From the NCBI RefSeq assembly GCF_001677475.2, contig NZ_CP015229.1: a stretch of 64,000 bases of DNA. The stretch is one strand, 5' to 3'. This DNA is from Escherichia coli (GTDB lineage: Bacteria; Pseudomonadota; Gammaproteobacteria; Enterobacterales; Enterobacteriaceae). A model generated the notes under the pieces. The model saw nothing but the letters and a program-made list of their open reading frames with translations, ran no database searches and was not told the origin of the DNA. A program made the position numbers and the translations under genes. Position 1 is the stretch's first letter, and the number at the start of each line of letters is the position of its first letter. Below are positions 56,520 to 64,000 of the stretch, piece after piece.

Positions 56520-57323
56520 TCAGAAATACCCCACCACCGGCGTCAGATTACCCTGCCAGCGTTTTACCGGCTCCTCAGCACCGGGGAAATTCACCCGCAC
56601 ATCACTCAGGGATGTCACCCAGGCACCGGCAATATGCTGGCTGCCATTCTCCTGTGACAACAGCGACTCAGCGCCTGAAATAAACACATCAGGACGCGCG
56701 GTTAACCCGGCATAGTCCGGGGTCCATTCATAGCCGTTCACCTGCCATAACTGGTGTTTTACCTGTTTTTCGGCCCCCGGCGTCACCTCTCCGCTGACCA
56801 CACTCCATCCATGCCCGGCAGTAATGTTGTCCTGCCATACCAGCAAATGGCGAACGGTGAACGTAATTTCCCCGTAACGCACCTGCCCCCGGGCAAGCTC
56901 TCCCCGGGCCTCAATACGGGGGGATGACGGTGTCACCTGAAGCAATGTCACTGACGGCTGCAGTCCCGGACGGGCGGTTGTCAGCGATGTGGTATGTCCG
57001 CCCAGAATATAAAAAACCTGCCCAGCCCGGCCTTCACTGACCATGCCACCTTTACCCGTTGTCAGACCAGCCTGCACGGCGTCTGGTGTACTCATCCGTA
57101 CAGAGTGGGGCTGCCACTGCCAGGAAACCTCAGGGACATACAGCGTGCCGCTGAATTCCGTCACCCCCACGGCCATCCCCTCCTGCCAGTGTCCCGGTGG
57201 AATAATCAGGGGCTGCGCCAGCACACTGGCTGAAGTCAGAAAAAACAGAGCCGGAAACATACCGGACTTCAGACGATGAATAATATTCAGCACCGGACCC
57301 TCCTCCTGCTTACTGGTACTCAA
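56520..57323 (-). CDS. fimbrial subunit/adhesin-like protein (paralogue 4)
   Basis: 267 aa; secreted; one of four tandem ~265-aa genes in a chaperone-usher cluster. Confidence 0.5.
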   Translation of the reverse strand: MSTSKQEEGPVLNIIHRLKSGMFPALFFLTSASVLAQPLIIPPGHWQEGMAVGVTEFSGTLYVPEVSWQWQPHSVRMSTPDAVQAGLTTGKGGMVSEGRAGQVFYILGGHTTSLTTARPGLQPSVTLLQVTPSSPRIEARGELARGQVRYGEITFTVRHLLVWQDNITAGHGWSVVSGEVTPGAEKQVKHQLWQVNGYEWTPDYAGLTARPDVFISGAESLLSQENGSQHIAGAWVTSLSDVRVNFPGAEEPVKRWQGNLTPVVGYF

Positions 57324-58098
57324 TACTTACCGGCAGTGACACCCGCCAGCGTTCCGGCATCGCGCCGTTCAGACGTAATTCAGCACTTCCTGCCACAGTC
57401 TGTGCACCATACGCACCTTCAATCTGGCGCAGGGAGGCATCACTGAAATGACTCACTCCCGAATAACCACTGACTGTCATTGTCTGCAGCCAGCCGGGGC
57501 CTTCGCCACTGAACATTTTCTGCAGAACACCCGGAATATCAGAAGCTTTCATGGCCGAGCTTTCACCAGGCAGGCCATTTGCATTCAGGTCGTCATACAC
57601 GCCGTCATACACCGGCTGCCCGTCCTTCACATGGCGCAACACCCCTGCAGTCTGCATTCTGAAAACAAATGTGCCTGCCCGGGCGTTATTATCTCCGGTG
57701 ACAGGCAGCGTCACCTCCGCCACGCCTGGTGCTGTCCATTCAAGCGAAAATCCCTCAGTACCCTTTCCGTAACTGACCCGGGGAGAAAGCCCCTCACGTC
57801 CTGCCGGTGTGGTCAGGGTGGTTTTTCCCAGTAAAACAGTCATCGCCGGTAGTGGAACCGGCACTCCCCCACCGTCACGAACACCGCGGCTCTGTTTAAC
57901 CTCCAGACCTTCATTTCCCTGCCCGACTTTCCACACCCACGGGTTACGGATGCTGGTCACCGGGCCTTCCAGCTTAAGCTCTCCGCTGAAATCTTCTCCC
58001 GGCGTGTTCCAGGCAAGTACACAGGAAGGCAGGAGGCTGGCAGCAAACAGAAACAACGTCACCTTTTTCATTTCTCTTCTCTCCTTATATCCCTGCAA
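57310..58098 (-). CDS. fimbrial subunit/adhesin-like protein (paralogue 3)
   Basis: 262 aa with signal peptide MKKVTLFLFAASLLPSCVLA; C-terminus ...VSIEYQ typical of pilin donor strands. Confidence 0.55.
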   Translation of the reverse strand: MQGYKERREMKKVTLFLFAASLLPSCVLAWNTPGEDFSGELKLEGPVTSIRNPWVWKVGQGNEGLEVKQSRGVRDGGGVPVPLPAMTVLLGKTTLTTPAGREGLSPRVSYGKGTEGFSLEWTAPGVAEVTLPVTGDNNARAGTFVFRMQTAGVLRHVKDGQPVYDGVYDDLNANGLPGESSAMKASDIPGVLQKMFSGEGPGWLQTMTVSGYSGVSHFSDASLRQIEGAYGAQTVAGSAELRLNGAMPERWRVSLPVSIEYQ

Positions 58099-58101
58099 CC
58101 A

Positions 58102-58905
58102 TCACTGTACCGTGACTGTCACATTCAGCCCCGCCTGCCATGCCGCAGGTGTACCCTCTGCCGGCAGACGCAGCTCAAAATCCGACACCGCAGAGGCATA
58201 TGCCGCAGCCAGATTCATCACCCGACCATCAGCCAGTATCCCCTGACTGATAACCTGTCCGTTATCCACCGCATTCATGCCATTTCCAAAATTCTGATTC
58301 ATCAGTAATAAGGCAGACAGACGGTTCTTCAGCCCCTGTGGCAGACTTCCCGGCTGTACATCCGTCACACTTTGTCCACTTACCAGCGACATACCGGCCG
58401 GTACGGATACCCCGTCTTCCTGTCGACCGGCACTGACTGCCATCCCCTGATTCAGGGTAAAAGAAAGCTGTCCCGACACATTTCCCGTTTCCGGGTCACG
58501 CACCGGGACAGAGGCGCGGAAACGTTGCGCCGTAGTGCCACTGCCTTCCTTTACGGTAAAAGGCTGTCCGTTACTGCTGAAGGTAATAAATGGCGTGAAC
58601 CCGGGACCACCGCGCTCTGCCACCTCATGCAGATGCCCCTCCAGAAACGGCAGAGCCCCTTTATCACGCAAATTAAAAACCAGTTGCCCGTTCTCTGTAC
58701 GTGCATCAGCAGTATCCACTGCCCAGGTCTGGTCCGGTGAACTTATCTGCCAGGTCCATTTGGGGGCTTCATCCGTGACAAAGCCGTTAAACTGAATTTC
58801 GCCGCCATCAAGAATATCTGCATGTGGTGCTGCCGAATAAAACAGGGTCACCGAAATAATGGCAGAAAGAAGGGATTTATAATGATGCGTTATTTTCATC
58901 GACAT
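58102..58905 (-). CDS. fimbrial subunit/adhesin-like protein (paralogue 2)
   Basis: 267 aa; C-terminus ...LNVTVTVQ. Confidence 0.55.
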   Translation of the reverse strand: MSMKITHHYKSLLSAIISVTLFYSAAPHADILDGGEIQFNGFVTDEAPKWTWQISSPDQTWAVDTADARTENGQLVFNLRDKGALPFLEGHLHEVAERGGPGFTPFITFSSNGQPFTVKEGSGTTAQRFRASVPVRDPETGNVSGQLSFTLNQGMAVSAGRQEDGVSVPAGMSLVSGQSVTDVQPGSLPQGLKNRLSALLLMNQNFGNGMNAVDNGQVISQGILADGRVMNLAAAYASAVSDFELRLPAEGTPAAWQAGLNVTVTVQ

Positions 58906-59103
58906 TCACTCTGTTTTATCCGGAGGATACAGCCCCCCTCAAAGTAATTTGGTCAAATATAAAACAGCACAAAACCGACATGCGTCACAAAATATCAAAA
59001 TATCTGCTCCGCATGCCGATTCTGTGTATTCTGAACTCTAAAAACAGAGTCCAGAAAATTTAATCAACAGCAAACGAGGTATTTACTGTCAACGATTACT
59101 GAA

Positions 59104-59895
59104 TTACATGTAGGTAACAGTAATCGGCAGAGAAGCTGTCCAAGTTGTAGCATTAGACAGTGCGTTGCTAAGCTTAATATTAATAGATTGACCAGACTTA
59201 ATTCCTGAAGCATATAAACCAGAATAGGAATAATTGTTGCGATCAAAAGTATTTTCATCGTAGGCTCCGTTTCCGTCCGGGCCAGGAACAAAAGTCTCAT
59301 CAACACCGGGGAAAAGCGTAGACGCCAGATCAAGTGCTTCCTGAGTATCTTGTACTATATTATTTTCTGATTTACCCACACCACCATAAAAGGCCATCCC
59401 TGCTTTAGACGCATACATTGAGGATGAAACCCCTTCTACACCATATCCTTCATCTGCACTCCAGGATTTAATACCGCTGGAGGAAATTTTTGTGGTTAAA
59501 GTGCCGATAGTTTGAGAACCAGACTTAACCGATAGCGTCAAGTCAGCTGACCCATTAACAAAAGTATCCAGATCAACAGCTCCGTCATAACTAATTTGAG
59601 GCGTAATACCAGCCTGACCAGCAAACATCTTATGCTCTGTCGGGCGAATACCTAATATACTAATTGGGCTGGTCACATTAATTGTTACATCTTTTTGCCC
59701 GGCTTCAAGGGTTGCATCCAGATCTGTTACGTTATTACCGACAGCAACTGACCACGGATTCCCAGTCTGAGATGGAGGTGTCAGCTGACCGCCCATTTCA
59801 AAAGAACCATTAAAATCACCAGGAGTCCAGGCAAATACTGAACCAGACACAACGGCAGAAGTAGCCACTGCCAGTGCAATCAGAGTCTTTTTCAT
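59104..59895 (-). CDS. fimbrial subunit/adhesin-like protein (paralogue 1)
   Basis: 263 aa with signal peptide MKKTLIALAVATSAVVSGSVFA; C-terminus ...LPITVTYM. Confidence 0.55.
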   Translation of the reverse strand: MKKTLIALAVATSAVVSGSVFAWTPGDFNGSFEMGGQLTPPSQTGNPWSVAVGNNVTDLDATLEAGQKDVTINVTSPISILGIRPTEHKMFAGQAGITPQISYDGAVDLDTFVNGSADLTLSVKSGSQTIGTLTTKISSSGIKSWSADEGYGVEGVSSSMYASKAGMAFYGGVGKSENNIVQDTQEALDLASTLFPGVDETFVPGPDGNGAYDENTFDRNNYSYSGLYASGIKSGQSINIKLSNALSNATTWTASLPITVTYM

Positions 59896-60143
59896 AAAAA
59901 GAAATTCCTTTCAGATTTACAAAAAAACAAAAAATATAATTTATGCTGTATCAGCAACCCCTTTATCGGAATTACCGCAAAACCATCCCCTGCGGATTCA
60001 TTTAAATAACCGCACTTCATTAAACACATTGTTTAACTCAGAATGGTTTTACGTTATTCCCGTTAAAAAACGGTAAATCCCTTTACCAATATGACCCGTT
60101 CCGGAGTTACGGATGTATTGCATCTGTTGTCGGAGATGAATTC

Positions 60144-60635
60144 TCAGTCTTCCACCTGCAGCGCTATCTGCAGATTTCCCCGGTAACTGACCGGAACTTC
60201 CAGTTCTGCCGGTGCATCCGTTCTTAACTCAACCTGCTTCTGTGCTTCCGGCACGGTTATCACCACATCCTCACCCTGCTGTCTGGCACTGAGTGTCACT
60301 CTCTTTCCGTCAACCATCAGGGCCGTCTTCAGGGTGATGCGGGCTTCCCCGTTATCCGGCAGAGTCTGCTTCACCGTGATATACGTCAGGCCACCTGATG
60401 CCGCCCTGGACTCTGCGCTGCGGATGGTCAGGCTGCCGGGAAGAGGCGTCGTGTCTCCACTCCGGTACAGCACCGGGTCTGTCGGTGTACGGGTCACCTT
60501 CACCACACTGTTACCCACCACCTGACCGTTCACTACTCCCAGATACTGTGTTTTCTCGCTGTATTCAGCGGACAGTGCAGACTGAATACTGAACGCACTT
60601 AAAACAAGGGCGGCTGCCATCATTGTTTTCTTCAT
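60144..60635 (-). CDS. small secreted protein within the fimbrial cluster (possible minor subunit)
   Basis: 163 aa with signal peptide MKKTMMAAALVLSAFSIQSALSA. Confidence 0.45.
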   Translation of the reverse strand: MKKTMMAAALVLSAFSIQSALSAEYSEKTQYLGVVNGQVVGNSVVKVTRTPTDPVLYRSGDTTPLPGSLTIRSAESRAASGGLTYITVKQTLPDNGEARITLKTALMVDGKRVTLSARQQGEDVVITVPEAQKQVELRTDAPAELEVPVSYRGNLQIALQVED

Positions 60636-60669
60636 TTATTACCCCTCTGTTCCGTGTTCCGGAGGGCGG

Positions 60670-61545
60670 TTATTTTTTATCTGCTTTATCAGGCAAATTA
60701 ACCGACGAATCAGATACCTTCTCCCCGGAAGACGCTGACGTTTTTTTCTGGTTAATTGTCCAGGTCTGCAGTTCACCGTAATCATTCAGAGAATCCACTT
60801 TCACCACATTTCCCTTCACCTGCACTTCATCACCCGGCATGAACATCAGCAGTTTCTGTGCTGTCTCATTATCCGTGGCAATTTTCTTCCCGTTTCCGTC
60901 CAGCAGGCTGCCAATCGCAAAAATGTACGGCGTGGTGTTCACCAGCATAGTCCTGCCATCCGGGCGGCTCTGCAGGCTGAGTCCTTCCTCTGCCCCCTTG
61001 CGACCTTCAAGCAGTGCCTTCGGGCGATAGAACAGTTTCAGCTTCGTGCGCAGCGCCACCGCAATACCACTACCCTCCAGAGCCGGCGGAATATCCTGCA
61101 GGTTCAGCCAGTACACCGACTCCCTGTCCTTCGGCAGATGATCCGAGGCCATGATGATACGCAGTGTCTGCTGACCGTTCGGCTTCACCCTGAAGAAGGA
61201 CGGCGTCACCACAAAGGTCGGACGGGTGTCCTTCTCCACGATATTGTCCACCCAGGCCTGTCCACCAAAGGTACGTTCCTTGTCATTGTTGGTGACCGTG
61301 ATGGTCAGTGCATCCTTGTCTCCGCGAAAGATATAGCGGGTCTGGTCTGCTGCCAGGGAAGCCATCGCACTCTGACAGGTCATCATCAGCGCCAGGGTCA
61401 TCCCCAGCGTTTTTGTTACCCGGTTAGTGAAAAACTTCGTTACTGCACTACGCTTATTCACACGTAATCTCCTGTAGTTTCTCAGTATCCTGCAGTTTCT
61501 CCGCAGGTATCCGGCACCGCCCCAGAGTGATATCCCCCGGCGCAT
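60670..61545 (-). CDS. periplasmic pilus chaperone (PapD-like)
   Basis: Two-domain chaperone-like sequence; true start probably the internal ATG giving MTLALMMTCQSAMA signal peptide (about 61401). Confidence 0.75.
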   Translation of the reverse strand: MRRGISLWGGAGYLRRNCRILRNYRRLRVNKRSAVTKFFTNRVTKTLGMTLALMMTCQSAMASLAADQTRYIFRGDKDALTITVTNNDKERTFGGQAWVDNIVEKDTRPTFVVTPSFFRVKPNGQQTLRIIMASDHLPKDRESVYWLNLQDIPPALEGSGIAVALRTKLKLFYRPKALLEGRKGAEEGLSLQSRPDGRTMLVNTTPYIFAIGSLLDGNGKKIATDNETAQKLLMFMPGDEVQVKGNVVKVDSLNDYGELQTWTINQKKTSASSGEKVSDSSVNLPDKADKK

Positions 61546-63931
61546 CCACCGTGTTAATCATCAGTACGCCGTTGTTGGCCACAAAGCCCAGCGGCGTGTT
61601 CTTACTGTCACGTGCCCAGGTTCCGCCTGACACAAACTCACCGTCACGCTGCTTCACCTGCAGCAGGTAACGCTTAACTTTCAGGGCATCAAACGGCATC
61701 CACACCACCGCCCTGTCCGTCGGCACCACCTTCTGACTGGTGTTCGTCAGTTCGGTGCTCAGCGGCAGTGTGCCCGCATCAATCGTCACCGTGTTCCAGT
61801 CATAGCTGTTCAGCGGTACCACCAGGTTGCCGTCACTGTCAGTCTGTCCGTCACCGGATGTCACTTTCACTCCGGGCGTATCCTTCACGTTCACCACGGC
61901 CACGGTATCCCCGGTCGTGCGGCTGAACATAATGTCCTTCGCCGCCGGAACGGCCAGTACCGAACCACTGACCGAGACAGAACCACTGGTTCCGCCGGAC
62001 TGAGAGTGGTTCAGGGCACCACTCAGATAAGCCCGGTCACCGCTGTACGACGCGTTCAGATAACTGCTGGCACCGCCATCACTGTCACGACCACCGCCCA
62101 GACCATAACTGAAACGGTCATTCAGCGAGCCGGACACACCAGTGCTGAAGCCTGTGCCACCGTCTTTACTCGTACTCACCGACGTACTGCTGCTGTAGCG
62201 ACGGTCAAACAGCGTGAAAGGTACCGATACTGACGCCGATGCAGACCAGTTGTTTTCCCCCCGGGTGTTCCGTGAACCGGACCAGCCCAGGTTAAGACTG
62301 ACACCCTTAATCTGTGTGCTCAGGGTGCCGGTAATCCCCGTGTCCTTACCGTTGTCATCGCTGTACCAGTAACTCCCGGTCATGGATGCGGGGTAATAAC
62401 TCCGCTGCCAGCCGGACACCGACAGACTGAACAGACCACCCACCGGCTGACTGACACCGGCATTCCATTCCTCCTTCGTCCGGCGACCATGATTTGACTG
62501 CGACCACAACTCTGTCGGGTCAAAGGAGGACATGTCCTCATATTCCTCACTCTGCCGTGACCAGCTCACCCGCAGTCCGGTGTTCGTCATCTCCAGTTGT
62601 TTACTCCAGGATAACTGCACCTTATTTCCGCTGCGGCTGCCGTCACGGTATTTCGCCGTGGCATAAGCGCCGTCAGCAGACACCGCCCCCAGGTAACTCA
62701 GCCCCAGAACCGCCCCGGCGCTGACGCCCTGCCAGTCCTGGTTAAACACCCCGCCGGTGCGCAGTGTCAGCCCGTCCAGACCGTAACCGTATGACGCCGC
62801 AAACACACCGCCTTTCAGGTCACTGTCATCGTCAGGCAAACCGGCCGCCACACTGAACTCGTGCTGCCCGGGGCTTAACTGCCCGGCCATCACCGACAGC
62901 GGGAAGTTCTGCACATGTTCCCGGCCATCCTCGCCGGTCACCGTCATCTTCACATCCCCACTGGTGTACAGCGGCACATCCGTGATGGCGAACGGACCTG
63001 CCGGCACCATCTCCGAATGCAGCAACCGTCCGTTCTGCGTCAGTGTCACCCTCGACGGCCCGTCCGCAATGCCGCTGAAAACCGGGGTATACCCCAGATT
63101 GCCCGGCTTCATGCTGTTGTTCCGGCTCAGCGACACGCCGTACGTTCCCGTGCTGCCCAGCAGACTGTCCCCGGTGGATGTTTTCCCGACAGCCAGGTCC
63201 GCACTCAGTGCGCGGATGGCCCGGGTGGCCGTGAACATGTTTATCGTGGTGGAGTTATCCCCGCTGTCACCACCGCTGGCCGTGGCAGAAGAACTCACCA
63301 CCCAGCGCCCGATATTGGCTTTCAGGTCTGCTGAGCCAAAGGCCGAGGTGTTATTACGGCCGGTGTTGGCGTTCGCGTTATAGTTCACGCGAAATGCACT
63401 GGTCCCGTAATCCCAGTCCACATTCTCCGGCATCTTCACCAGCCCTTTCTGGGGAATGGACAGCGCCAGACTCTGGGTGGAAACATCAAAATCCACCTTC
63501 ACCGACGGGGCTTTTGTCAGCACATAGCACTGTCGTGTGGCGTCATACCCCTCACGAAAGTAATCCGCACTGACGTAAATCCCGGCCTTCGTCAGCCATG
63601 CCTCTGTCAGACACAGTTCATTACTGTCCTGTGGTGTCACATCCAGTATCTGTTTCCCGGCCTCCTTCCCGTTCAGGGACAGGTCAACCAGATAACGCCC
63701 CGGCGCATAGCTGCCGTTCAGGGCTGCCCAGACTTCCGGATTAACCCCGGCACCACCCTGGATAAAGGACATATCCAGTTTTTCACCTGCAACACCTGTG
63801 GCGCTGGCGAAAGCAGCTGATACGGCAAGCGCAAGTGTGGCCCGACGGAAAAATACGGACGAAACCTGTTTTGTGATTGTTTTTACTTCTGCACGCACAA
63901 TCTTTACTCTGTTACTGATACGTGACCACAA
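61454..63931 (-). CDS. fimbrial usher protein
   Basis: 825 aa; large beta-barrel-type protein with C-terminal Cys pair (…GRCRIPAEK…ITCE); track start is a non-ATG codon, true start uncertain. Confidence 0.85.
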   Translation of the reverse strand: MWSRISNRVKIVRAEVKTITKQVSSVFFRRATLALAVSAAFASATGVAGEKLDMSFIQGGAGVNPEVWAALNGSYAPGRYLVDLSLNGKEAGKQILDVTPQDSNELCLTEAWLTKAGIYVSADYFREGYDATRQCYVLTKAPSVKVDFDVSTQSLALSIPQKGLVKMPENVDWDYGTSAFRVNYNANANTGRNNTSAFGSADLKANIGRWVVSSSATASGGDSGDNSTTINMFTATRAIRALSADLAVGKTSTGDSLLGSTGTYGVSLSRNNSMKPGNLGYTPVFSGIADGPSRVTLTQNGRLLHSEMVPAGPFAITDVPLYTSGDVKMTVTGEDGREHVQNFPLSVMAGQLSPGQHEFSVAAGLPDDDSDLKGGVFAASYGYGLDGLTLRTGGVFNQDWQGVSAGAVLGLSYLGAVSADGAYATAKYRDGSRSGNKVQLSWSKQLEMTNTGLRVSWSRQSEEYEDMSSFDPTELWSQSNHGRRTKEEWNAGVSQPVGGLFSLSVSGWQRSYYPASMTGSYWYSDDNGKDTGITGTLSTQIKGVSLNLGWSGSRNTRGENNWSASASVSVPFTLFDRRYSSSTSVSTSKDGGTGFSTGVSGSLNDRFSYGLGGGRDSDGGASSYLNASYSGDRAYLSGALNHSQSGGTSGSVSVSGSVLAVPAAKDIMFSRTTGDTVAVVNVKDTPGVKVTSGDGQTDSDGNLVVPLNSYDWNTVTIDAGTLPLSTELTNTSQKVVPTDRAVVWMPFDALKVKRYLLQVKQRDGEFVSGGTWARDSKNTPLGFVANNGVLMINTVDAPGDITLGRCRIPAEKLQDTEKLQEITCE

Positions 63932-64000
63932 AGGTCAGCGCCCCCGTGTATTCCCCCGCCTTCACGTCAGCCGGAAACACTGGCTGCGCACGAAAACGGA
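63911..64000 (-). CDS. fimbrial major subunit, 3' end only (gene continues beyond the window)
   Basis: Minus-strand frame ends ...GEYTGALTFVVTYQ*, typical of a type-1-like pilin C-terminus. Confidence 0.5.

Noticed and set aside
63929-63931. Annotated start of the usher ORF
   Set aside because: The track start is a non-ATG codon overlapping the upstream pilin gene; the real start is probably an internal start codon a few codons downstream.

Overview
E. coli-like chromosomal window, identified by reading the ORF translations; no searches were run. The first 12 kb is the conserved core block metK-galP-sprT-endA-rsmE-gshB-yqgE-ruvX-yggR-yggS-yggT-yggU-rdgB-hemW, followed by a TRAP transporter operon whose dctM gene is cut by an IS66-family element (14.5-17.0 kb). 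A second, oppositely oriented IS66 copy lies at 46.0-48.6 kb. Split target-site duplications indicate that the ~29 kb between the two copies has been inverted, which explains why the core block pheV-yqgA-speC-nupG-mltC-yggX-mutY-trmB-yggL-yggN-ansB-yggM (33.4-45.3 kb) runs in reverse. The rest (17-33 kb and 48.9-64 kb) is a pheV-associated genomic island. It carries a P4-type integrase plus a second integrase remnant, an outer-membrane protein and phosphoethanolamine-transferase-like pair, ibrA/ibrB, an IS629 split by IS66, a TssA-like gene split by IS629, a NERD/SF1 helicase, a membrane-anchored coiled-coil protein with a T5orf172/GIY-YIG-like C-terminus, an EAL-domain protein and a chaperone-usher fimbrial cluster. 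The strongest candidate for a defence system is a tightly packed three-gene operon at 22.8-28.6 kb (membrane-anchored 769-aa protein, P-loop ATPase, DExH helicase), whose layout resembles Shango. No rRNA gene or CRISPR array was seen.
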